Source of the DNA: a virus
Taxonomy: Duplodnaviria > Caudoviricetes
IMG/VR virus record: IMGVR_UViG_3300005200_000008
Coordinates: 25,931 to 89,930 of that record
Direction: 5' to 3' (one strand)
DNA length: 64,000 nt
The notes below the pieces were generated by a model. The model made no database searches. It was given only the letters and a program-made list of their open reading frames with translations, and had not been told where the DNA came from. The position numbers and the translations under genes were made by a program. Below are positions 1-10,547 of the stretch, piece by piece. Each line of letters opens with the position of its first letter. The stretch's first letter is position 1.

Positions 1-576
1 TATATTTTTCATCTGCCGTTCTACTTCGGCATCAACGTCTTTTAACATACCCATCTTCTTGGCTGTTTCCAGTTTCAGCCATTTTTGAAACTTATCCGAT
101 TCGCACAGCCTCTTAAAAGCCCTCTCGCGGTTCGCCTTCTGACTCCGCTCCTCCTGACAGGTTGCCATAGCCCCCGACTTCGGATGGTGTATGCGGCAAG
201 CCATCTCACGCTTGTTTCTATTTTGACCACCTTTACCCTCGCCGTTATAGTACTCGACAACAAAATCACCGGCATCCTTCGACAAAGAGAATATCAATTT
301 GTTTTCTGATTTTTCTTTACTCATTTAGTTTATTTGCCTCGCAATTATGCCTTACCACAGCAGACCCTAAATATTTTGTATCTCTATAAAAATAATCTCC
401 GTCGCTAAACATATTAAGATGTGCTACAATTTTATTCACATACTCATCTGTCGGTTCTGCCTCAGTCTCATAACTAATAAACAATTTTTCACCAGGAATA
501 GCATTATCTCCAAACGCATTCATAAAGTTACAAACTCTGCGATTACACTGAAATACTAAAAATTTATGCCTATAAA

Positions 577-945
577 TCATTCCTCCTCCGGATTCCAATC
601 ATCAGGTGGCGGTACAGGCGGATCGGCAATAACAATTAAATTATTCGGTCTCCAACATTTCGTTTGAAACCAACGATATTCAAGCCAAAAATATTTAACA
701 GGCTCTTGCTTATAATTAAAATTATTTCTATCCCGAAACCTAACCCACACCAACCCATTATCAGAATACGATTTCCCTGTACGTTTCTCATACTCTGAAG
801 GAGTTTCGTAATCAGGTATTAATTCCATTTCTCCATGACTCAAATTGAACGGGCAACACATACCGTCATCGAATAATTCTGTAGTGTCAATACCTTCGCC
901 GATTTCAAACTTCATTCCGCATTTTTTGCAGTAATATTTGCCCAT
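577..945 (-). CDS. hypothetical phage protein with N-terminal Cys motif
   Basis: 122-aa ORF with CKKC and CCP motifs, co-oriented with the replication operon. Confidence 0.5.
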   Translation of the reverse strand: MGKYYCKKCGMKFEIGEGIDTTELFDDGMCCPFNLSHGEMELIPDYETPSEYEKRTGKSYSDNGLVWVRFRDRNNFNYKQEPVKYFWLEYRWFQTKCWRPNNLIVIADPPVPPPDDWNPEEE

Positions 946-959
946 AATGCCTCTTTTCT

Positions 960-1514
960 TTATTCCGTCTTGGCTGCCATTATCTGACTGTTTTTCAGCA
1001 GATACTCATACGCCGTCGCCTCCGTATATTTCCTGTCTTCAAGCAGTTCAAGAAATTTAAGCACCGGCATATAAAGCAGTTTGTATACTGTTTTAACGCC
1101 GGTGCTTACTTCACGCAGAACCAGGGTATTATTATTCAACCCTGTACGGATAATGATATACTTGTTGCTTATTTTCTTTTTACCCGACTGCTCCATTACT
1201 TCGGTAAGCGTTTTTCCCTTATTCAAAAGGGACATCACTTCATCGGCAGGCAACGGCACGGTTTCCTCAGTAATCTTTTCCAGTTGCGGGTACAGAATAT
1301 CTTCGCACTTCCCGATTACAATCCGAACATTCTCCTCCTCGGAAAGGGCGGGATCAAGTTTTATCTCCATTACGTCGCCGGGGTCTGTAAACACCCCGAC
1401 ATAATCAAGACCGAGGATATACGAAATATCGCACGGCGCCGAATCTGCGAAATAATGCCGCAGCCGCCGGTCAAAATCGGTTTGATTAAACAGGATTACC
1501 GATGAGACCAGCAT
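960..1514 (-). CDS. hypothetical protein
   Basis: 184-aa ORF abutting the sliding clamp gene. Confidence 0.5.
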   Translation of the reverse strand: MLVSSVILFNQTDFDRRLRHYFADSAPCDISYILGLDYVGVFTDPGDVMEIKLDPALSEEENVRIVIGKCEDILYPQLEKITEETVPLPADEVMSLLNKGKTLTEVMEQSGKKKISNKYIIIRTGLNNNTLVLREVSTGVKTVYKLLYMPVLKFLELLEDRKYTEATAYEYLLKNSQIMAAKTE

Positions 1515-2621
1515 CTACGCGCTATCCTTAATCCTCGAATAGATGATATGCGTCGAATTATCGCCGACGATTGAAAAAACAAGAGGCGGCTTTTTAAAAT
1601 CAACGGCAATCTCCACAACCGCGTCTTTGGGATTGGGAAGGCACGAAAGGATATTTTTCAGCCACATGGCCGACACCCAAATCTTATTGCCTTTGAAATA
1701 GGAAGTATCGGCCGCCTCGCTATAGGGAATGTGGCGCGAAATGATATTCCCGTCCTCGGTCTTTATTTCCAAAGACGTTGCGTTGAAAATAAACTGGAGC
1801 CTCTGCTGTACGACATTGGATACGAACGGCAAAAAGAACTGTATCATATTGCTCAGAGCGTTTTTGTTCAGCCTGACGCTGTATTCGGATTGATAGTTCG
1901 CCCTAAAAGCGTCGCCGCCGATTTCTTCCGGCAGGAACAATTCGCGGTTGACGGGGAACTGCATGGTAACGTCGGTGGCGATAATCCAAATGCAGTTTTC
2001 ATCAATCTTAATTTTCGGCTCATCCAGATCTTCAATGACAAGGATTTCCCACACGTTGCGAGGCAATATAAGATTGTCGTTTATATCGACTCCCGACAGG
2101 ACTTCCTCGTACATCCTCAGTTTCTCGAAACCGATCATGCTGCCATTACGAACGAACACGCCGTCAAGATTTTTCGCACCGTCTGGAGAAGTGAATACGC
2201 TCGCCCGGCGAATGCAGGGAATATAATCCTTATTCAGGGCGATAGCATCGCTAAAATCAATATCAAACTTCGGAAGCTCAAAGTCGTCGGGGTCGGTGTA
2301 GGCAATCTGAAACGAATCGCCGCTTTCATGCCTAAAGACGTAGCAGTCTTTCTTGTCTTTATCCTTTTTAATTTCCACATCGAGAAGCGACACGGCCTCC
2401 GCGACCGCGATAAAACTCAAAGCGTTCACGCAGAACGGCTTCACGTTTGAATCGTAGTCGGTAACGGGCATGGTAACTTTCCCGAATCCGCGATTGGAAC
2501 CGAAATAAATGCACTGCCCTTCAAAGTCCAGATACAGACTGCTGAATTGCGGATGGCTCGTATCGACAAACTTGGTAATAAGTTTGCTGTAATGCTTTAA
2601 CTCTCTGACATCAATCCTCAT
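1515..2621 (-). CDS. DNA polymerase III beta-like sliding clamp
   Basis: 368 aa (beta-clamp size), LDGVF-type motif, adjacent to clamp loader. Confidence 0.6.
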   Translation of the reverse strand: MRIDVRELKHYSKLITKFVDTSHPQFSSLYLDFEGQCIYFGSNRGFGKVTMPVTDYDSNVKPFCVNALSFIAVAEAVSLLDVEIKKDKDKKDCYVFRHESGDSFQIAYTDPDDFELPKFDIDFSDAIALNKDYIPCIRRASVFTSPDGAKNLDGVFVRNGSMIGFEKLRMYEEVLSGVDINDNLILPRNVWEILVIEDLDEPKIKIDENCIWIIATDVTMQFPVNRELFLPEEIGGDAFRANYQSEYSVRLNKNALSNMIQFFLPFVSNVVQQRLQFIFNATSLEIKTEDGNIISRHIPYSEAADTSYFKGNKIWVSAMWLKNILSCLPNPKDAVVEIAVDFKKPPLVFSIVGDNSTHIIYSRIKDSA

Positions 2622-2784
2622 AAATCCTCCTAATAACCTTTTTCTTCAAGTATTTTTTCCACGGTTTCCCGAACCTTCGGCTCGTAAAATTTTCTATATT
2701 CAGCTTCCTTAACTCCTTTAATCAGGAAATAAGAAAAGATAAACGCGACGATTATCGACACCACGATAAGCAAAACCCCTTTCA

Positions 2785-3873
2785 TTACCTCATCCTTTTA
2801 GACGGCATCTCCGGCGCAACAGCCCCCTGTTTAAAGACTTCCGACAGCCTACAGAAGAAGTACGAAGATTTGAACGCCATGCCAAGATTTTTTTCAACAT
2901 CGGCATAAACCGAAAATATCTGTGAAAGCCTGGGTTCCTGCTTTTCAAACTTTGCGTAATGCTCCGATTTCCAGTCAGCATCGGTAGTTTTTGTTCTGAG
3001 ATATATCAAGCAGTCCATGAGAAACCGGTAAGACGAGAAAAAGAATTCCCTCGCGTCAAGTTTTTTTATTTCTTCAAAAACCTTCACGTCGCCCGTAGCC
3101 ACGGAGAACATAATGTCGGCCAACTTGTTGAGGGAAATCAGCCCGAACTCGCGGCCTATATCCTCGGCGGTGTAAAACCCTCCGGCAAGGCAGCGCTCGA
3201 ATATCTGAATCGACATTCGCACCGAACCCTCGGAGTTCTCCGCAATGGTAAAAAGCCCCTGTTCGACAAAAGCGTCGGGAACTTCGAGTTTCTTACGCTC
3301 GATTATATTAAAGAGGTTTGTGGCAATATCAGTAACACTAGGCGACCTGAACGTATAGAGCAGCCCCCTCGACCTTATCGACTTGTCAAATGCGTCGGGG
3401 TTCATGGTGCAAAGAATAATGTAAGTATCCAGGCGCTTCTTTTCCAAAAGTTTTAAGGTAATGCCCTTGCTTGTTTTTGAAAGTTCCTGAGCTTCGTCAA
3501 TAATCATTACAGTTTTGCCACCGAACAGAGAAGCAGAACCGGCGGTATCTTCCAGTTCCAGCACCTGCTCTTTCGACATCCTGCTCGCATCAAAAAACGA
3601 CGTATTCCTGCCGTACCTTTCAGACAGGATAGCCTTGCTTTCAGGGCTTTCAGGATTGGGATCGCAATGGGTAGCTTTTTTAATCGGCTGCGGGTCGTTT
3701 ATTAAGGCGGCCACAATGTTGGCAAGCGTTGTTTTGCCGGTGCCTGATTCCCCGGCGAAAATCATTACCGAAGGAAAATCGCCGGTAAGCGACCTTTTCT
3801 TAAATTCGTTAATTATTCCTTTTTGGCCGCATATTTCGTCCAAAGAGAACGGCCTGTCGTTAATCGCAATCAT
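2785..3873 (-). CDS. clamp loader, DnaX gamma/tau-like AAA+ ATPase
   Basis: Walker A GESGTGKTT, Walker B IIDEAQ, LKLLE and IRSR motifs. Confidence 0.85.
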   Translation of the reverse strand: MIAINDRPFSLDEICGQKGIINEFKKRSLTGDFPSVMIFAGESGTGKTTLANIVAALINDPQPIKKATHCDPNPESPESKAILSERYGRNTSFFDASRMSKEQVLELEDTAGSASLFGGKTVMIIDEAQELSKTSKGITLKLLEKKRLDTYIILCTMNPDAFDKSIRSRGLLYTFRSPSVTDIATNLFNIIERKKLEVPDAFVEQGLFTIAENSEGSVRMSIQIFERCLAGGFYTAEDIGREFGLISLNKLADIMFSVATGDVKVFEEIKKLDAREFFFSSYRFLMDCLIYLRTKTTDADWKSEHYAKFEKQEPRLSQIFSVYADVEKNLGMAFKSSYFFCRLSEVFKQGAVAPEMPSKRMR

Positions 3874-4552
3874 TTTTATTTTTTCTCCGCTCGATCATTG
3901 ATTTTTATTTGAATAAAATTAGTTAAATTATCCAAACCTATACTTATCATAACAAACATTAAACCTATCAAAGCGAGAGGCCACAATACGCACAACGGTT
4001 TTAATAATTCAAAATCTGAATTAAAAATATACACATTGCCTATCAAACTGATTCCTATATAGACAATCGAACCAATAAACAAATAACCTAAAATAGAAAA
4101 AATAATTATCATCATTCCGCTACCTCTTTTAGTAATTCCGCAAGAGCGTTTTCATGGTATTTAACATTTTTTTCTGCCGATATTTCAGACATAGTTAGTC
4201 TCAGACCTTCATTCTTTTTTAAATTCCCCTTAGTCCTGCGTTCCAAATTATCTGCGATAACCTTTTTAAGACGGCTTTTTGCGGCACTTAATAATCTACG
4301 TTCTCTTTTTATTTGCTCTTTAACATCAATCATTTTTTACCTCAAAACGATATCGACCTTTAACAAAACAAACCCTAAACTTTGTTAATTGCTGACCCGC
4401 CTTTTTACTATTGTCTGGATAAAAAATACTCCAAATAGTACCGTCATCATTAGGCTTCAAAATATACGGTTCGGAACTGCACCAGTACTTACCGATACAT
4501 TCCGTAATCTTTTCAAGACTTGACGCGGAGCCTATTAACCGATATTCTTTGC

Positions 4553-4966
4553 TCATAATAATTTAAAATCCTTTGTCATCTCATCAATGACTTCCGCATC
4601 CCACGGGCCGATTGCTATACAAGTTATTGTCGGTTCATTAAAAACGGTAGTACCGTTATCTTTAATTAATTTATAAGGTATTCCTTGAACTTTAGCCTTT
4701 TCTTCTAATACAAACAAATCGTCAACAGTTTGACATTTCAGTACAATCTTGGCAAAATCTCCCGAAAGCCATTCATGTACCGGCAACGGAACATCCATTT
4801 CATAATGATACACGCCCCCACTATCAGTTCCATAGCCACGAGTGTTACTCATAAAAGTCAAAATCGCTCCCATAGAAGCGTGGGCGACTTGGGCCGCCGT
4901 CTTACCTTTCGGCATATTCAAATCGTTACGAACAATTATTGATTGCTTATATTTATACACGCCCAT
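4553..4966 (-). CDS. pth2: peptidyl-tRNA hydrolase, PTH2 family
   Basis: KQ-IIVR-DL-M-KGK-AAQVAHA, KIVLK, DNG-T, TCIAIGP, ending KLL. Confidence 0.9.
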   Translation of the reverse strand: MGVYKYKQSIIVRNDLNMPKGKTAAQVAHASMGAILTFMSNTRGYGTDSGGVYHYEMDVPLPVHEWLSGDFAKIVLKCQTVDDLFVLEEKAKVQGIPYKLIKDNGTTVFNEPTITCIAIGPWDAEVIDEMTKDFKLL

Positions 4967-5230
4967 ACCTACACCCCTGAATATTTATAATTCAAGCCAA
5001 TAAATCTTTTATTTTATTAACTGCCGAATTTCCATAATTGTTTCTTAAAACATCAGCCATCGATTCTCCATTGTCTTCATAATCCCCAAACTGCTCATGG
5101 AGCCAATCGTCAAATTTCCCCATGTCGATAATCGGCTTTTTCATAATCATCATCAGCATACCATCAAGATAAGGATTAAGAGATATTCCAAACGTGTCAT
5201 GGAAAAATTTATGAGCATTAACAAGCGTCA

Positions 5231-5422
5231 TTATTCATCCACCTTTACACGGTTATTCCATGCGGCGACTGCTTCCTCTTTTGTTTTATAATGCCCACTA
5301 CTGGATTTACATTTCTGACAAAAAACCCAATGAGTATCAAACGATGTATCACGAGTAACTATTACATTATCCCCATCCCCACCGCAAAACGGGCAGGACT
5401 TTAATTCTTTATTATCCGTCAT
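5231..5422 (-). CDS. Lar-family restriction alleviation-like Zn-finger protein
   Basis: LKSCPFCGG...VFCQKC...EEAVAAWNNR. Confidence 0.65.
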   Translation of the reverse strand: MTDNKELKSCPFCGGDGDNVIVTRDTSFDTHWVFCQKCKSSSGHYKTKEEAVAAWNNRVKVDE

Positions 5423-5720
5423 TTTCCAACCTCAAAAGCCTGTCAAGTTCGGCGGCGATTAACGCACCCGCTTTTTCAAGTTCGCGGATGCGGTTATCTG
5501 GCGTAGGTTTCCACCATTGACTTTCCCAGGGCCATAACATTTTAACAAAGTCAATATTTATGGCATTTTTCCATAAATGGAAATCTCTTTCTGGCAAAGC
5601 ATAACAAGCGGCGGCATATGCTAATGCTCCGGTGCCAAAATTATCATCATGCTTCGCCGTCCAGCCTTCTTCCTCAATCTGTCGTTGCCGTTCTGCGGCT
5701 ATAAGTTCGACCCCTGTCAT
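5412..5720 (-). CDS. conserved phage hypothetical protein
   Basis: IAAERQRQ...HDD...AAACYA...WPW...ELEKAGALIAAELDR pattern common in phages. Confidence 0.55.
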   Translation of the reverse strand: MTGVELIAAERQRQIEEEGWTAKHDDNFGTGALAYAAACYALPERDFHLWKNAINIDFVKMLWPWESQWWKPTPDNRIRELEKAGALIAAELDRLLRLENDG

Positions 5721-6199
5721 AATTATCCTCGTTTATCCTTCGCTTATTCTTTCAAGTGCAAAGATATAACAAGCTGATCTTTTATAACTCCGGTAAGCAC
5801 TGTCCTAAATGCTTCTTCCGCAGTTCGTTGATTTGTCCAAGGGTCTGCAACACACTTTTTCGCACTGTCCACCGCCAAGTCATGCAAATCAATGCCGCGC
5901 AATTCTTTTTCTACGGTTTCCTTGATTGCCTGCATTGTCCATTCTTTGATATCCTCACGGGTTATACCCAATTCATTGACCATGAAATTGCGGAATATTT
6001 TATATTTGTTATCACTCATTTTAATCTCCCTCTGCCCGACCGGAGGCGCAGGAGACGGCGCTGCCGGTCTTTTATCTATAGGTCTCGGCTGCGGCTGTTT
6101 CCTGTTATCACCCATAATAAATCTCCTAAAATACGGCATACTTCAAAGTACCCCCGGTATGCCAGCGGAAGGAGGCGCGTGAACAATCGCGCTGGTACT

Positions 6200-7150
6200 T
6201 TAAGCAACCAACTTGGAAAATACTTTATTGATCCTCTGGCTGTCGGTTATGAACTTTGCCGAATGGGGGCTTTCAAGCGAAGCGGAATTCGTAAACAGGT
6301 TGTACACGTCCCACAACTGCGTATCGTCAACGACATTGACGGACGTGCTGATATATTCGGGCTTCAAGTCGGGTTCTTCAAGAAGCACGGCCTTTAGCGG
6401 CGGTTCTTTTTTGCCTTCGATTTCTTTGGTGATTTCGACTTTGCCGTCTTTTTCTAGGGCGGCAAGAACCCTCTTGCGGAGGGAAAGGGAGAACGCCTTT
6501 ACGGAGAATATGTCCTTGTACCGTTCGGAAAGCGACACCTTATCCAAGTCGCGGTACATCGCGGAGATATTTTCCAAATCGTCCAGCACCTTCGCAATCT
6601 GGGCGCTGATGCCGGTCTGCTGCAAACGCGACCAGTTATGGCAGTTCATTCTAAAACCCGAAACGCCCCCCGCCTGAACAATCGCTCCGTTGGAGCATAC
6701 AAACCGGTACGTGCCGACATGGAGTTCCAGCGCCGGCCGCCAGCCGTTGTAACTCGCCCTCATAATGAGCATGGGCGAAATGCTCTTGCCGTCGGGCGCG
6801 TTGACCTCGACACCGAGCATATACTGTTGGAAAAGCGCCTTCGACTTTGTTTCGATTTCCGAGCGGAAAAGTTTGTAATCAACATCCACCGCGTCAAGTT
6901 GGGTATTAACCCAATCCATCGCGTCAGGATAGGGAATGAACGGACGGTTGGCGTTGACCTCGCCCAAGCGGGTAAAATCCTTATCGCCCGGCATTTTGCA
7001 GGAAATCAATTTAAACTTTGAAGACAACCCGTTTTCGTCGGAGTGCAGATCTTCCCGCTTCACCTCGAAAGCGCACTTAGCCTTTTCCTCGGCGAAATCC
7101 AGTTCTTTAACATCAGACCATGACAATATCGACATAGCATACCTCCACAT
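6200..7150 (-). CDS. DUF932-like phage protein
   Basis: G-YRFVCSNG motif preceded by ASYNG; CGGAAGT motif upstream. Confidence 0.55.
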   Translation of the reverse strand: MWRYAMSILSWSDVKELDFAEEKAKCAFEVKREDLHSDENGLSSKFKLISCKMPGDKDFTRLGEVNANRPFIPYPDAMDWVNTQLDAVDVDYKLFRSEIETKSKALFQQYMLGVEVNAPDGKSISPMLIMRASYNGWRPALELHVGTYRFVCSNGAIVQAGGVSGFRMNCHNWSRLQQTGISAQIAKVLDDLENISAMYRDLDKVSLSERYKDIFSVKAFSLSLRKRVLAALEKDGKVEITKEIEGKKEPPLKAVLLEEPDLKPEYISTSVNVVDDTQLWDVYNLFTNSASLESPHSAKFITDSQRINKVFSKLVA

Positions 7151-7204
7151 TTTACAAGCCCTTCTCCAGGGAAAGGCACAATTCCTTATACTAAAGACTT
7201 CCGA

Positions 7205-8203
7205 TTAAGAACCGGATAAGCTCAAAGAAGGGTTGGATTTTTTAGAGAACAAACCAACATCGTCTATCAAAAACTCGTTAAAAGGCCGGGAATTCCCGAT
7301 AGCCTGAATAAGTTCCTGCCTCGTGCCGTCCCCGGGGTCTTTACCGGGGATAACGGCTACCCTGAAATCGCCGGGATAGAATTCTTCAAACGCCTTTATC
7401 GGCTTCCTGCCAGCTTCGTCATCGTCAATAAACAAAATAATATCGTCGAACTCTTTAAGCATTTCTTTTTGGCGTTCTCTCATGTTTATGCCGAACGTGC
7501 AAGTAACATTCGCGGTCACCCACTGCCATATTTTATGAACATCCATAACGCCCTCAACCACAATAAGGGTTTCGTTCATATTCAAATTATCACGGTTAAA
7601 AATAAAATCTACGGAAGTATCTATCGGGTATAAAACTTTTTTCGACTGTTCCCGCGTATAATCCCTGCCTTCAACAGCCTTTACAAGCCCTTCGTCTTTA
7701 TACGGTATTACAAGCCGCTCGCTCCAGGGAACGCCGTTGACCCTGCCGTTTACCAGCGCTTTGAATTCAAACACGTCGATAAAACTGTCTTCAATGCTTC
7801 TGGAATCGCAGTATTCCTTCGCCTTCGGAACATCGCACACGGGCAAGAGTTCGCCGTCAATGTCAACAAGCGTGTCCTGGCTTAAACTTTGGGATTTATT
7901 CTTCTGCCGGTTTTGCAGAACCTTTATCGCCACGTCATGCTGAGGATTGAACATCGTCAGCGACAGGCTTAATTTGCCGTCCCATTCGGCATTCGTTAAA
8001 TCTTTGTAAAAATGCGGGAACGACCGTTCCGTCGCGCAGGAAAAACATTTGAAATATCCGTTATCTTTGTAAATAACCGCCGAAGGGTTTCGGTCGTCGT
8101 GGTACGGGCATTTTAACTGGAGATATTTACCGGCAACCCTGTACTTTACGCCTGAAGCATGGAGAAGCATTTTAATTTCTTCAAGTTCAGGGTTGCGGTA
8201 CAT
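7205..8203 (-). CDS. dnaG: DNA primase (CHC2 Zn finger plus TOPRIM)
   Basis: CPYHDDRNPS...CFSC, VVEGVMD, FIDDDEAG, KDPGD. Confidence 0.85.
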   Translation of the reverse strand: MYRNPELEEIKMLLHASGVKYRVAGKYLQLKCPYHDDRNPSAVIYKDNGYFKCFSCATERSFPHFYKDLTNAEWDGKLSLSLTMFNPQHDVAIKVLQNRQKNKSQSLSQDTLVDIDGELLPVCDVPKAKEYCDSRSIEDSFIDVFEFKALVNGRVNGVPWSERLVIPYKDEGLVKAVEGRDYTREQSKKVLYPIDTSVDFIFNRDNLNMNETLIVVEGVMDVHKIWQWVTANVTCTFGINMRERQKEMLKEFDDIILFIDDDEAGRKPIKAFEEFYPGDFRVAVIPGKDPGDGTRQELIQAIGNSRPFNEFLIDDVGLFSKKSNPSLSLSGS

Positions 8204-9165
8204 TCTTAATGTTTATTTTCCGGCATATCCAGTTTGCCGGCGCCCTTGCCGCTCGGCGCTTTCACGTCCTTGGGCGTAACATGGTCTTCAATAACTTCGA
8301 GACGGCCTTCGTCATACCAGCCGGAACCGTTGTCATCTTTCTTGTTTTTGTCGTCTACCTTAGCCATAAGGCAGACGGTGTTACAGCCGTAAAGATGAAC
8401 GGCAACGGCAGTCGCAACGCCCACAAACTCCGTAACCTTGTCACGGCACAACTTTCCGAGAAGCGAACAATCAACCTCCCGAACGTCCTTTTTCTTACCG
8501 ACACTCATTTTCTTCTCCTTCCAAAAAATATAAGCAACCCGCAGGGTCTTGCTTTATAAATCAGTCCTTACGGCTTTCAATTTTCTTGAAACCTTGGACA
8601 AGCCGGATTCAATATCGCTCAAATCGAATTTTTTAAATAATTTTTCGACATCGCAAACCGCATCTTTAACCGTTTTTCTGAAAGTCTCGATTTCTTCTGA
8701 AAAATTCTTAATTGTTTGCTCGGCATCATCGATAACATCGTTGAAATCTTCCTTGGCCTCGTCTATGCTTTCTATAATTTTCATTTCGTCAAGGAAATCG
8801 TTATACTCGCGGTTGATGACTTCCAAAATAAAATCTTCAAGTTCGCTTTTATCAATTTTGTGTTTTTTCGCAAAGCACTCCGTTTCGTACATATTCAAAC
8901 TGTTAATCCGATTTATCTTATCCATGCACAGGCTCCTTATACGAACATTCGACAGTCCCAGACCAGCCGCCGCGTTTTGTATTGGTTGTTTTGCGGTTGA
9001 ACTGGCATTTTCCGCATACGACCGAACCTACCTTTACGGGCTTGTCAGCTCCGCAACCGTAAGGGCAGGAAGTACTTAAACCGTATTTATTCCTTCTGTA
9101 AGAAATTATCCTGTTGTAGGGAATTACCGTGCTTTTCATAACTTTGCGGGGGGGGGGTAATTGGG

Positions 9166-9615
9166 TTACTCATCCTTTTTATCACCCTTTTCGCCGGAGA
9201 TTTTTTCTTCCAAGACTTCCCCATCCGCATAATCGGAGACGTTAATACGTGTTTCTTCAACCGGCTTGACAAGTCTTGAATGGCTGTTCAAATCAGGACG
9301 GAATTCGACATGCTCCGCGACTATCAGAATTTTTGACTGCGGTTTTCCGTCTTCGCCGTTGAAGCGATCCTGCCGAAGCCTGCCGACTACGCGAAGCCCT
9401 TGACCTTTTTTCCCTCTGCCATGACAGGATTCTCCCATTTTACCCCAGACTTCTACGGTGAAAAAAGAAACTTCTCTTTCAATAACGTCTCCGATTCTAA
9501 AATAACGGTTCGAGGCTACCCTTAATTCACAGACAGAATTGCCTTTCGGAGTGGTGCGAATTTGCGGGTCTCTTACTAAATTACCCTCGATTAGGACACT
9601 ATTCAAATTGTTCAT
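9166..9615 (-). CDS. ssb: single-stranded DNA-binding protein
   Basis: LNSVLIEGNLVRDP...SFFTVEVWG...VVGRLRQDR OB-fold motifs. Confidence 0.9.
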   Translation of the reverse strand: MNNLNSVLIEGNLVRDPQIRTTPKGNSVCELRVASNRYFRIGDVIEREVSFFTVEVWGKMGESCHGRGKKGQGLRVVGRLRQDRFNGEDGKPQSKILIVAEHVEFRPDLNSHSRLVKPVEETRINVSDYADGEVLEEKISGEKGDKKDE

Positions 9616-10244
9616 TCCACATCTCCCATTTCAAATACCAACGGGCATTCCTTACGGCACTGCTCGTACAAAGGTATCATCAGCCTCCGCATATCGGGAT
9701 GGGCCGCCTTGCTGATAGCCCTCAGCCTGAATATGTGCCGCCATTCCCTAAAGTTCGCTTTAACGACAATCTCCGTTTTTACGCAGTTTGGAAGTACTGA
9801 TCTGGCCATTTGTGGCGTCCAGTTATTTGTCTTTAACAAATGGAGATAAAACTCTTCTGCATTACGACAACTTTCCTCCCATACCCCGCCGCTCGGAAGA
9901 TCACCGCCAGGCTGAATAAACGTTAATTCATTGCCGAATTTATCCTGACTGTAATTGCAGTACCTTGTGCTTTCCTGCACGAAGGAACAAAGCCGGTGCC
10001 TTACAATTTCATGGGTAATTCCGCGATCCGTAACAAGCCTCACCGTCATGGAACCGAATTCAATAACTGCTTCGTGACCGCGCCCGATAATCATTTTTAT
10101 AAACTTCTCATAACTGTCAAGGGTCATATGATCTTCGCTTTTATACGCGGTACGGCCGGCTTCTTCAATAAGCCGGCATTCATTACGCCATTCTTCTTCC
10201 GTGGCAGGAAACAGTATTTTATGGCTTTGCTTGACAATCTTCAT
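9612..10244 (-). CDS. thyX: FAD-dependent thymidylate synthase
   Basis: GHEAVIEF, RGITHEIVRHRLCSFVQESTRY, ARSVLP, AHPDMR. Confidence 0.92.
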   Translation of the reverse strand: MKIVKQSHKILFPATEEEWRNECRLIEEAGRTAYKSEDHMTLDSYEKFIKMIIGRGHEAVIEFGSMTVRLVTDRGITHEIVRHRLCSFVQESTRYCNYSQDKFGNELTFIQPGGDLPSGGVWEESCRNAEEFYLHLLKTNNWTPQMARSVLPNCVKTEIVVKANFREWRHIFRLRAISKAAHPDMRRLMIPLYEQCRKECPLVFEMGDVE

Positions 10245-10547
10245 AATTTAACTCCCTTTGCTATCTAAATAATAACTTCCGGCTCTCGCCCTTAATTTTC
10301 AATTTATTTGATTAAATCCCAACGTACAGGACGAAGCCGGCAACCGGGTATCCATATTTTTTTCGGTGCATCATATACCTGAATTTTTTGTATTCCTCAT
10401 ATGCGGGTTTTGATAATTTATACCATGACGATTTTGAAATACTGTCTTGTTCCAAAACCTCCCTGTATAAATTTGGATAGTGTTTTTTCGCCATTCTATG
10501 AATATCGTCGTTGAATATTATTTGCACCGAACAAGTTTTTTTCTCTT

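Noticed and set aside
1731-2450. Long antisense ORFs in the track (also 10749-11531, 37546-38685, 49984-50670, 55932-56378, 60880-61722 and others)
   Set aside because: They are shadows of well-supported genes on the opposite strand, with no motifs or RBS.
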